From the NCBI GenBank assembly GCA_032718475.1, contig JAUCBJ010005318.1, positions 1-64,000 on the forward strand: a stretch of 64,000 nucleotides of DNA, written 5' to 3'. Shown here in pieces: positions 1-12,000 of the stretch. Source of the stretch: Nemertoderma westbladi (Eukaryota > Animalia > Xenacoelomorpha). Each line of letters starts with the position of its first letter. Positions within the stretch are counted from its first letter, which is position 1. The notes under the pieces were generated by a model that saw nothing but the letters and a program-made list of their open reading frames with translations, searched no databases and was not told where the DNA came from. The position numbers were made by a program, and so were the translations under genes.

Positions 1-1461
1 CAGAGCAGAGCTAATACAATGAGTAACAATCGTTCGAAACGTAGCCGCGCGGATGTAGGGCGGGGGTCGCACCGGTATAGGGACCCAGTGTGCGGAGGAT
101 GAGTCTTACAGAAAGTAAATGGATCTCGTGAAGCGCAACCTATAGCCGAGTGAGACCGACTTCCTTTACTCCGCAGTCGCCCAAGTACTTCATATAGCTG
201 CTAACAACCGGACCGGTACGTAGTCCTGTACAAGTACGAGTATATAGTACAAGTACAAGTATATAATTGCAATACGTATTTCACGTATAGCCTACCGGTA
301 GTGCAATATCGGCGGGTAGTATCACATTTGAGTCTCAGGGCTAAGACATTTTTCGGTCGATTCCCCTATGCCCATGGCGAACCACTTGACTTATACTTCT
401 GTAGTTTTTTCAAAGTTTGTTGATTCCTCCATGCAGTTGATTAAGAAATCTAATTATTTCAAAGTTTGTTTATTAACATAATAGTAGTAAACATAAAAAT
501 ATTAGTACAAAGTGCCACAATTCCTAAAAATATGCACTGTATAATAATTGCTTAATGATTTTCGTAATTGACTTAAAAAGGCCTATAATTATAAATTACA
601 TACCGGTAATTAACTACAAAAAAAACTATTAGGCTAATTACCAGAATACTGTACATGAATAAGACAAAGATAAGAATAAGACACTTACCGGTAGTATAAA
701 ATGCCACAATTCCACGTGAGTTGATGGGCGTCAGCCGTCAGGTCGACGTATAGAACGGGACCCACCTCGTCCTCGTGGATAATTTCATTCCCCTCGAACA
801 GCGACCACACGAGGAGTTGTTTCAGGACCGAGACCTCGTTTTATCCACCACTGAAATACTGAGAAACCGCTGTAGAGGACGTCCGCCAAATCTCCGCTAA
901 CCGTAAATAGATCCAATTGATCAAATTGATCCTTGCAAATTAATCAAAGGTAACAAGGGTATTGCAAATAATAGGCAAATTGCAAAGGAGTATTAAACTG
1001 CTGACGCCCCAAATCCTTAATTTCAGTACAGCCAAGAGTAAAGAGACTTCTGTAACTAATTTGTGATGCCCAGATGTGTAATACTCAGAGACATGAGGCT
1101 TTCAGGCATTCAAAAGACAAGAGTTATAGCTGAAGTTATTCGTTATTGTTACATAATAATTCTGCTCCGCTTTTTGTTCCATTTCTGATTTCTGAACAAA
1201 GTTATATTTTTTTTTTAACATAACGAAGTCGGTCAAGCCGACATCTTTAAAGTAAAATATGTATAGGTGAACAAATAATCAGCATGTCAATAAGGTTTAC
1301 ATTAGGCACAAGATAAATGATGGTATAATAATAATATGTGTAGCACATCAGATAAAAGTAACGAATAAGACGAATGCACAAATAAAATATACTAAATAGT
1401 ATTGCAGAAAACATAGGTTAAAAAACATACATCGGCCCTTGATGCTGAACCCCCCCCCCCC

Positions 1462-1992
1462 TTCACCAGCGTCTATAGCTGAGCTGATATGATGGCATTG
1501 CCGGAATGGAGACTTTAGGACACATTGAAGTACCGTAATATTCGTGTGTGTTTCACATCGAAAGGCGTATTGTGGAGGCTGTAACAGGTATTGATAAAGT
1601 GTATCGTTTCATCGCTTCACTTCACCAGATGTTAATGATCCGTTGTTTAGACGAGATAATAATTCCTACTCGCAGTATGAGAATGTTAGGATAGTTAGGA
1701 TATCTGGCATTGGGAAGGTGTTGGAACATTGTCGGTAGGCCCGTAGGCTGTTGGAACATTGTCGGTAGGCCCGTAGGCCCCACTGAGACGTGCAGTGGTA
1801 ATCGTTGTCCTGATTGCTACTATTAATAATAGGTGATAGTCTAAGGATAAGGAAAGGCTGCGGGATTGTGTTTGCGGATGTGAAGGTACTCACGATAGTC
1901 CCTAGAACATCTTTGTATGCTTGTGTGGATATTGGGTCGCAACTCATAAGGTCCATTACCACTTGGTTACTAGCATATGTGCCCCTAGGTAG
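1462..1992 (-). mobile_element. 3' part of a decayed non-LTR retrotransposon (LINE), split by the BEL/Pao insertion
   Basis: Joining 17682+ to 1992- across the GGTAG duplication gives a LINE post-RT-like reading (..YYRKILRGVL.. / PRGTYASNQVVMDLMSCDPIS, apparently with a frameshift). ORF 1666-1962 belongs to it. The left boundary is approximate. Confidence 0.6.
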
Positions 1993-3250
1993 TGTTCGCG
2001 CTTTCAGACCTTTGGCAGTTTAACCCGCCAAATTATGATGTCTTCTAGATATTAAATCGCTTTTCTGCCTACGACAAGTATTTGATTCACTACACTAGTC
2101 GAAACCAATCCGTGCGCGATCATTCACCCGCTGGTTATCCCCGGGAGATTGGGTTCGACGGTTTAATCTTATTGCTATGTAAGCCTAATGTATTATTCGA
2201 CTGACAGTATTATATAATCTCTGACAATATTATTCACCTTCGGGAAATATTAACAGTTCCTTTAGGACGTGGTGCTCTATCTATATAAACAGAGTCATGA
2301 CTTAAACTACTCACAACGATATGGTTTAGTTATAATTAACATATATGGCGCATTCTTTAGGAAATGCTTCTTTAACAGACTCACTCATACACAATGCTGC
2401 ACAATACTGCACACTAATCTGCCGATCTTCACTGATTTTAGTCACATATAAAAGGAACACAGGCTGACTCATGTAGGGTCTATCAAATAACATTAGATTC
2501 ACTTCAAACCACTTTAACATAAGTTACAATCGTTTATCTGTAACCCTTCTCTCTTACCTTCGGTATATCAAGAATATTGGGTTTCGGGGTTGTTTCTCGT
2601 TATTCCAAATATAATAATTCATCCACAAATATAATGAATAACCGACAGCAAATAGCAGTATAAAACAACAACTGAACACTGATTGTTATGAGTTTGCAAT
2701 GTTTCAGCAGTCAGTATGTATGATTAGTTAGCAAGTCATTAGAAGTGTTAAAGGATATATGTCCTTATAATTAAACCTGCTAGTGTTAAGCTAAAAAGCA
2801 GAAAAGCACAAAACACTATAAAGCCGTTCTTTCGTGGCTTTGAAAAACTCGTGACTACTGGAATATCAAATACACTTATTCCACAAAGCTCCCGTTCAAC
2901 ACAGAGGATGAGCAGTGAGATAGGAAAATTTCAGTTCAGTAGCTCAGGATTGGTTAAAATCCAGGATAACTCAAATTCTATTGGCCGATACGGAAAGCTG
3001 CAACGTGGCAATATCAGCCGTTAGCCGTCGTCATGGTAGCGACACTGTTTTCAAGAGTAGCGAGCCTTTTACGTCATGAAATTGCAGATTATGTCCTCTA
3101 AAGTACAAATACAGTTCAAATATAGAAGAAATGACTTTTATGTCCTCTAAAACACCAGTACAGCAAGGACACGGCCTTTTTATGCCTGGCAAACCAACTA
3201 CAGAGTACTTTAAGGGAAAATAACCGGTTAATGACGCAAAAGCTTTTACA
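1993..3250 (-). repeat. 3' LTR (1258 bp)
   Basis: Begins TGTTCGCG and ends TTTTACA. By eye it differs from the other LTR by 4 substitutions and one net 10-bp indel near the U5 end. Confidence 0.97.
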
Positions 3251-3260
3251 CCGCTCCCAG
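3251..3260 (-). promoter_or_regulatory. Polypurine-tract-like plus-strand primer site
   Basis: The minus strand reads CTGGGAGCGG immediately before the TGTAAAAG start of the 3' LTR, the expected PPT position. BEL PPTs are short and G-rich. Confidence 0.7.
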
Positions 3261-5227
3261 AAAATGGGATTTAAGTCTATAAAATATAACAAATCACAGT
3301 TTCTAAAATATAAAGATACTCTAAACAGTTAGTCTTTCTTACGCAGACGGCGTTTACGCAGTTTTTGAGGCTAGCAAGAGTCCTTTTCTCTTTGGGGCGA
3401 GCCACTTTATTAGGAGGGCTATAAATCCTGGGTGAAGGGTGCAATATGATTGCATCAGAAGGTGTAGGATTATGGTCGGGGTATCCGCCGTTTCGATATG
3501 CTTCTCCTCGAGCTGATTTTCCTCCGCTCGTAGCTGGATACGTTCATCCAAAAACTCTCGCAGAGAATAGGATCGTCCAAGTTCGATAACTTCTTAGGGA
3601 TTCTGGATTTCCCAATCGAATTGAGATAAGGCCCATTCGTTTATCGATTGGACTTACTGTTATAACTTACGTTTATCTGAACAAACGCAGGTTTCTTTTT
3701 TGATCTTTGTAGAATAGCGTTTAACTCGTTTCGTACAACGCTCTCCTTCACCTTGATGAGGGGTTGTATCGCGTTAAACAGGGACGACCATACGGTTGGA
3801 TAGTGATATTAGGTGTCTGCGTCATAATCCGGCTAGGTAAGATGGGCGGCTAGCTAGAAATCACTGTCGGAGTGTTACCGATTAATTGTTAGGGTAGCAC
3901 TAGATCTTTGAACAGTGAATACAGTCCGCGAGGATCCGCGACACCACCAGGATCGCAGGTCTGAGGTCCAACTAAGGAATGAGGAGGTTTGACCGAGTAT
4001 TCCGGGACTCTGATCGTAGGTTTACTCCAGGATCGTTCGAGCCGAGTGAGCATAGGTGATACGTCAACAAGTTTCGGTTTACGTGGATGTTTATATCTTT
4101 CCGTTTATTAGTTGGGTCTAGAGCGTTTATCGTAATAATACCAAAGACGCAAGTCTGGTAGGGTAAACGCGGGTGATATTTGTTTGTTGTTACAATGCTT
4201 CTATCAAGAATTCCAAATATACGTTGGAGTTACCGCGTCCATTTGTTTCTTTAGTGTCTTTTCTTTCGAGTCGATTTCGAATAGAATTTTCGCATTCGAA
4301 TTTCAGTTTATGGTTCCGACTCCGCTGGGCAGGATATATAGTCGACATAGTCCGTATTGTGTAAATCGATAGGATGTCCATTACCAAGACCATCTTCTAT
4401 CAACTCCGTCATATCTGCTATATATGAGTTTATCCATATTATACTGAGTTTATATTTAGGCGAGCGGGCGTCGCTGCCTACTCCAATCAACCCCCGGACA
4501 GTACGAGATCCTCAGCGCCGATGTGTCGTCGCCGCTGTACTTTCGCCAACGACGTAGCCGCACAACGACAACGACAACCGGCACAAGTCACTCAACTGTC
4601 CGTCCCAAAGGCTTAGATGTACTTCAGGTTTTCCTTGGAGAGTTAGGTTACTTTACAATTGCGACTGGCTACTGTAAACACACCTTAGTAGTAACATTCG
4701 CCTATAAGCTCACAAGTACCACACACACATCTTGTCACAAATTACACACACTCGGGTCACTTGTCCGTTAGTCAATGCCTTCCAGAATGTCACTGTATTA
4801 TTATGTATTCTTGGATACTAGTAGTGCGCTATTTATTCCCTATGCTATTCAATGGGACAAGCTTTCTATTGTTCGTTTAACTCAATTCTAATTCTAGCGT
4901 GGTTGTTGCTATGGTGACATTATGCAAAGCTAGCGGTAGAATTAGAGTAATTCCAATGCATACAGATCTGGGATGTTATTTAATAGTATTCTTTAATAGT
5001 CAATGTTCGGTTTTATACATGACTTTATGAATTTTATCGGCTATTGACTATGTTTGGGAGACTTTCGCACACTCATATGCATGATAAGATAAATCTCCGC
5101 TCCCTTGATCTATTAATTAATGGAATTTTGGGAACTTTATAAATTGCGTAAAAATGGCAATTTATTAAATTCATTAAAAGGCATGAATTTAAGTTTATTC
5201 CCTGAAATTTTATTATTTGATAATTAA

Positions 5228-5548
5228 ATGGACATATTTTGATTCTAGAACATGTCTAGGGACACAAGATCCTTAATTCTATGACAATTGTCTTTTTTAA
5301 GAATATCGGTAAATGCTACGATATCTTAATTGACTAGAATTGTGGAAGGATCTGAATTTTACAGATTTTGATTTATTAGATTTGCAAATATTAAATAATT
5401 AATATTTGAGATGGGCACCGATTTATTCCAGAACTTGTCTGGGGACGTTAACCACTGATTCTATAATTTGTCTTTCAAGTATATCGGTGGGTGCCGCGAT
5501 ATCTTAATCGACTAGAATTGCAGATGGTCAAATGGTTTAACAGATTTA
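5228..5548. repeat. Imperfect direct repeat (2 copies, about 178-bp offset) in the retrotransposon 3' region
   Basis: The blocks TTCYAGAACWTGTCTRGGGAC and GATATCTTAATYGACTAGAATTG each occur twice (near 5244/5425 and 5320/5498). Confidence 0.75.
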
Positions 5549-6061
5549 TTTTGCGTTATACGCTACTGTTAAAGGGACATCACGCTACTATATGTATTAT
5601 TTAATATACGGTATGAGAGCAATATCGCACGAAGCAATGTCAGTGTGAAGAGGCAAGTCGTTTCCAAAGTCTACCCAGAGCTTGGTTTAGCCGAGACGCG
5701 AGGATCTGAACTTTGCATTCCTAATACTCTGCCTACCAATAATACTTAAATATAGTAGTGGCTTTATTGTACTTTAATAAGTACAGACATTTCATCTTAC
5801 TGTAGTTACGTATTTATAATATAATACGGACAGTAAGGAAAGAGAAAAATAATTATTTCTTCGCCGTCTCACTAAATATAATATAAGGAATTACGTACGT
5901 AATAAACACGAGTATATTGCACTATTCTACAAAATAATCGCTAAATAATATTCTACTAAATTAAATAAAACGATAATAAAATTACATAGTAATACATACA
6001 TAAATATAAAAATAATAAAAGAATATAAAATAATAGAGTCATACGCCCACTCCGAACGATA

Positions 6062-9000
6062 TTAAGTTGGGAAGTCCCTAGATGTCGGTTGGATTAGGGA
6101 AGTGGTCGTGGGAAGAGTTTCTTGCCTTCCATAGTTTCCGGAGAGCTCTCTGTCTCTTTCCAGTAAACATAAACGTCCCACTGGGCGATTGAGCTGTTGA
6201 GTCTCAAAGACTATCCCTGGTTTCTTAAAGTTCCGCCGCATGACGACGAGCTCTACTGATTGCACCAAACCATCGCTCGAGATATAAGTCTCGATGATAC
6301 GTCCTGTTTGCCATCGCTTACGTGGGAGATCGGGGTCCACAATAAGCACCATGTCTCCAGCGCTGACGTTTTCTTGCTGCGCAAACCACTTAGTTCGAAG
6401 TTGTAGAGTGGGCAGGTAATGTTTCTCGAAATGGTCAGCAAAACGACGGGATAGCAACTGCATAAGTTGCCAGGTTCGACGACAGTACTCGTCTCCGTCT
6501 GTGATCTCCGATCGTGGGAGCATGGCTACGGGTTTCTTCAGTAGAAAGTGCGCGGGTGTTAGCGCTTCCAGGGAATCAGGATTTGAAGAGACTGGCATAA
6601 GCGGTCTTTCGTTGAGATAGGCGGCGATTTCCTCCATTAACGTCCGCAATAGTTCGTCGGTGAGATAAGCGCGACAAGGCACAATAAAGTGGAACGCAGT
6701 CTTCACGCTCCTAATCAATCTCTCCCAACTTCCTCCCCACCAAGGGGCGTCGGCGGCGTTGAAGGTCCAGCTAGACGCTGTTATCCTTAGCTGATCGTCC
6801 ACCTGTCTTTTGTTCCAGTCCTTTACGTAAGCTTGAATTTCGTTGTTGGCGCCAATGAAGTTCGTTCCCTTATCCGATCTCATTGTGTTACTGGTTCCGA
6901 AGCGAGCGATCTGTCGTCGTAAACTCAACACGAAGCTGTTGGTGGAGAGATCGTTTACCATATCGAGATGGATAGCTCTACAAGTCATACAAACGAAGAT
7001 GACACACCATCTCTTGACTATAGTCCGGGCACGATATACTTCAATAGGGCCAAATAAATCCACACTGGTATTAGTAAAGGGTGGTTCATAGAAGCTTACT
7101 CTTTCCCTAGGTAATTCTGCCTCTCGCTGTGTTAAAGGCCTACTGAATGCTTTCCTACAGGGTATGCAGTTCCTAAGAACTTGGTTCAGAGCCTTACGGG
7201 GTTTATAAAAATAGTAGCGAGTTCGAATTTCGCTCAGAACTCGTTCTCTACCTGCATGGTACAGTTTGCTATGAACATCTACAATCATCTTGATTTGTAT
7301 ATCAAGATTTCTAATGAGTATGGGAAACTTAGTGTCAAAGGATAATGGGGCGTTGGTCAGCCGACCTCCAACACGTATTAACCCATCTATCATGGTACTA
7401 GAGAAGCGATCCCTTAAGCGCATCTGTGGATTTCTTAACAACAGGAAATACTTATCGGAATCCTCATAGCATTGTAGGAATCTCAGCATCTGTTTGTTGG
7501 TTTCATCATGCTCCTGGTAACTGATCTTTTCCTTTAGAAACCTGTCGGATATCTTGTATTTAGGAAGATCTTTAACAACATGGACTCGTGCAGATGTTGA
7601 TGGAGCATCATCACTATTGGTCTTTGTTCCGGAGTAACGATGATGAAAACATCGTTTCAAATAGGTAACAGCTTTACAGAGCCGATTCCAGGAACTGTAG
7701 TGACGTATCGCTCTCTGCAAGAGAGGTGAGAGTCCTTGCGAGATATCTGGTATTCCAGATTTCCAATCCTTGTCACGGATTTCCAAGACTTCTTTAGCCG
7801 TGGCAGTGGGTTTCTGATCCAAAGCATCATCTCCGGAAGTAAATAATACAGATAGATCAACCGCAGGTTTAAACAACTTCGATTTACTCGCTCGAGTTTT
7901 GGGTTTAACTTTCTCCGCTCCCTTGGCCTGTCTGATCTCTGCTGTTGTGAGATGGGGAGGCCATTCTTCTTCTTCCCTGTAGAGAAAGTCAGGTCCTCCT
8001 AACCATTCGGGAGTATTTACCAATTCCTTTGGAGTCGCTCCTCGGGACGCGATGTCTGCTGGGTTAATCGTTCCGGGGCAATGTCTCCATTGGTCCATCG
8101 TCGTGCGACTAAGTATGATGGCTACCCTGTTGGTAACGAAGACGCTGAACTGACAGACTTCATTGGTTATATACTCTAACACGAGTAAAGCATCGGTCCA
8201 ATAGACAGTTTTCTCTAATGTATAGTCAATCTGTTCGGTGACATTCCGGCCGATGGATGTAGCGTATAGAGCCGCCTTTAACTCCGCTCGAGGAACTTTC
8301 AACTTGTTGTTGATTAATGCCTTAGAAGTAACCAAGGCGACTTTGATTCCATCCGGAGTTTCCACTCTTAGGTAGGCTACTATACCGATTCCCATATCGC
8401 TGGCATCTCCAAACACATGGAGTTGATAGGAATACGTAGGGAGAACATGACCAAAATATGAATGGGAAATTATAAAATCCTCGATAGCCGGTAGAGAATC
8501 TTCCCATTTCATCCACTGCTTCAGTAATTCCCCTTTAAGTGGATCGTCCCATGAGTGGTTTTCAAGCCACATTTGTTGTACTAAACTTCGAGCAATCAAT
8601 ATAACTGGGCTAATAAATCCCAATGGATCGAAATAAGTGCTCAGTATACTTAAGCAAATCCGTTTGGTTCGAACAGGATTGTCCCGCTGTTTTAGTTGGA
8701 AAAACAGGATATCTCTCTCTGTGTCCCATTTCAAGCCGAGTGTTTTGGTTTCTGGCAGATCATCTTTGATCAAATCTAGATCTTTCGCTCCGCGATCTTC
8801 CGCAGGAATCGACTCCAGAAACTCACGGGAGTTGCTGGTGAATTTTGTTAATCGAAATCCACCTCTTTTTAAGCACTCTACCGTTCCCTTAGCGACCTCA
8901 ATGGCTTCCTCAACTGATGGAAGGGACTTCAGATTGTCATCCATGTATATGTCTCTCTTGATGTTGTCGATCACTTCCTTAGAGAAGGCCTCTCTATTGT

Positions 9001-12000
9001 CCTCTGCAGTAGTACGCACTACCGAACAGGCGTTGGAAGGGCTTGAGATTATCCCAAAGGCCTGGATGGTCATCCAGTACTCCACCGGTTTCTGGTTGAG
9101 GTCTCCTTCGGGCCACCATAGAAATCGTAGGCTATCTCGATCCCTATCCAACACTTTGACTTGCAAGAACATGCCTTCTATATCGGAGGCGAAAGCAATC
9201 GAATATTGTCTCAATCTTAAAAGAATTCCCAACAAAGATTGAAGTAAGTTGGGTCCGGGTAACAATTCAGAGTTAAGGGATTGACCCATGTAAAGAGCGG
9301 AGCCATCAAACACTACTCTCACTTCGTGTGGTTTACCGGGTTTAGGAACGTAATGGTGAGTTAAATAATACGTTCTTTCAGTCACAGGTGTTTCTTCCGG
9401 TACTCTCTCCGCGTATCCCTTATTAATAAATTTTTCCAGCTGTGTTTGATACATGGCTTTCGCTGAAGAATTAGCCGTAAGGCGTCGATGGAGTTGCGCG
9501 ATTCTTTTTTCCGCCAAAGGTCTGTTATTGATGAACTTCGGTTCTTTCTTGCGGAAAGGTAAACCGACTTCATACCTACCTTGATCTTTGAGGAAACATG
9601 TAGTTGTCTCTTGGATCTGCTTGGCCCTTTCCTCTTCCACAGACAAGGCTTTGTCGTAGGAATTGGGCTCTACCGCCTCTTGCGTAAAGAATCGTATGGC
9701 ATGTTCATCCCGAATTTTGGCATTATGACGCTCAATGACGTCATTTAACTCGTCGTTATAAGCTTCTCGTTCAGATGGATAGAGAAGTTGACATAAGTTC
9801 ACTTGGTTTTGCCAAGCCTCGTTTTCCTTAAGGAGATCGATGGTATTCTCCTCATCAAAAAGCTGGTGAACGTCGTCGTTATCTGAGGAGTATGGAATTC
9901 CCTCAGTTGAATAGTCTCCTTCACTAGTATCATCTTCCCATTCACTCACCTGGCAGACTCTCTCTTGCGGTAGTCTTTCTCTGAGTGTTCTACGGGAAGG
10001 GCCAGTAAAGTACCAACCTACTCTAGTTCTTACCGCATAGGTCTGTAGGGGCTGCGGTTGAGCAGGCCGTTTCTCTAACGTCTCCAGCGCCTCATGCGCG
10101 TTTTGGCCGATGAGTATTTGCACTCCAGGATAATCAGTCTGGAATCGAGGTATGTTAAGATGTTGGATGCTCTCATCCTCGTCCCAATCATAAAGGTCTG
10201 CTTGAGTAGTAGCGAAGTTCTTTATAGCCACCATTTTCACTGACCTTATGCTGTTTTCTCCTAATTCGTCCTGGGGGGTGGACAACGCTCCTACATAATA
10301 ATCAGCTGTTATTGTAGATTTCCAAACTTGCATAATTCCTGACATGTTGAACTTAGTTTGGAACTTGGGTTGTCTAGCAAATATATCTTCGGCTAACTCT
10401 TTATCGATGAATGTTCCTGTGCTGCCGGAGTCAAGGAGGGCGTTTACTACATAACTCCTCTCAGGTCCGTGAACCCTTACTTGCACCACAGGAAACTCTC
10501 GGATCCCTACATTGGAAGATGGCTCTTTCCAAGATGGTTGTCGTTCAGAAGTAGTTAGAGTGAAGTCGTTGTCTGTATCTTTTTCATATGTGAGTGCTCG
10601 ATACACTGCGGTATTTATCATGTAACAGGATTCGTTTTCGTCGGAGAACTCATCTGTATAGAATCCTTCCATCTCAGATTGATCAGTGTCGTTCACATCA
10701 CTGAATTGGACATGTAGCTCGGAATCACTTACCTGATTCGGACTATTTCGATCAAATTCAGCGTGCAACAAGATATGATGTTTCGCACCACACTTTGCAC
10801 ACCTTATGTCAGAGAAACAGGTTCGTCGTTGGTGTCCTTGTCTGAGGCAGTTATAACACAACCGCTTGTCCCACATGACTTCACGCCTCTCAGTTAATGA
10901 TTTCTTTAGAAATTCATCACACCTATTCAAATAGTGGGTCCCGTCGCATAGCGCACATCTCGGTTTGATGTTACTTACCTTATTCTGAGTCACATTGTGT
11001 ACACTTGCCTTTTCTTCGGGCTTTCTCACCTGAATTCTCTTGGGAGACGTAGGAGGAGTTTTTCTTACCTGTTCTCTCCTGTCATTTGTTCGAGCCTTGA
11101 ATTTACTCACCTGATCTTTAGGTATTTTATTCACGTAATAAGATCTATCGGTGTCTTTCCCGCTATCTTCTCCTTGAGAAATCTGGCTTTTGCCTTTGTC
11201 TGTATAACACACTGGGGTTATCTTTCTCCTAGAGACGGGTTTTTCACTTACCTTGTTTTCCGGTGTCTTCTCTCTGGATTGCTTGAGGAGTTGCAATTTC
11301 ACTTCTCCATCCAGGAATGACATGAGATCTGCCATGGTAGGGTCTCGTCGTTGTTGTTCCATCATATATAGTACTTTCTTATCCCAGCGTGTGCCTACCC
11401 CACCTTTCGGTAAAGTAGAAGCCACAGCTCCAATGACCATAGAACTTTGGTATTCATGAGACTTACCTAACCAATCTAATTGTCTACAGATCTCTTGAAT
11501 CTCATCGGAAAACTCTATTATCCCACTGCTAATGAATTTTCTGGGAGCTACTAATTTTGCATATAAATACTTAGCGATGTTATTCCTATTACCATACCTG
11601 ATGTTTAGTGTATCCCAAACTTGTCTTAATCCGTCTGGATGTCCAATAAACTTTAACGCCATTAACTTGGGAGATCCTTCCAAGCACTCTATGAGGAACC
11701 TAAGTTTCTCTCCATTAGACAGTACAGAGTTCTGTATATTATCTTTGTAATATTCATTAAAAGGTAACCATTTCATCTCATCTCCATTGAACTTGACGAT
11801 CTCTCCAACCTTTACCGCTTGCCGGGCTTCGGTTCTAGCCATTTGACGCGTAAAACTTTCTTGGGCCATCGTGTTATTTAATATCGAGTTATCGGTATAT
11901 AAATTTCTCGGATTATGATCAGGTCTATAGGGAATGTCATTATCAACAGGTCTATAATTACCCTTAATAGGGTTCACTATAGGAGTTTCTACTTCGCTAG

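Noticed and set aside
7-21. AGAGCTAATACA resembles a conserved 18S rRNA word
   Set aside because: The flanking sequence does not continue as rRNA; it is a chance short match.
685-900. Possible minus-strand exon ending at a GTAAG donor
   Set aside because: No frame is open from a plausible acceptor to the donor, and I recognise no homology.
2269-2520. Short ORFs in both LTRs (also 16700-16951)
   Set aside because: They are 60-64 aa with no motifs, and are repeated only because the LTRs are duplicates.
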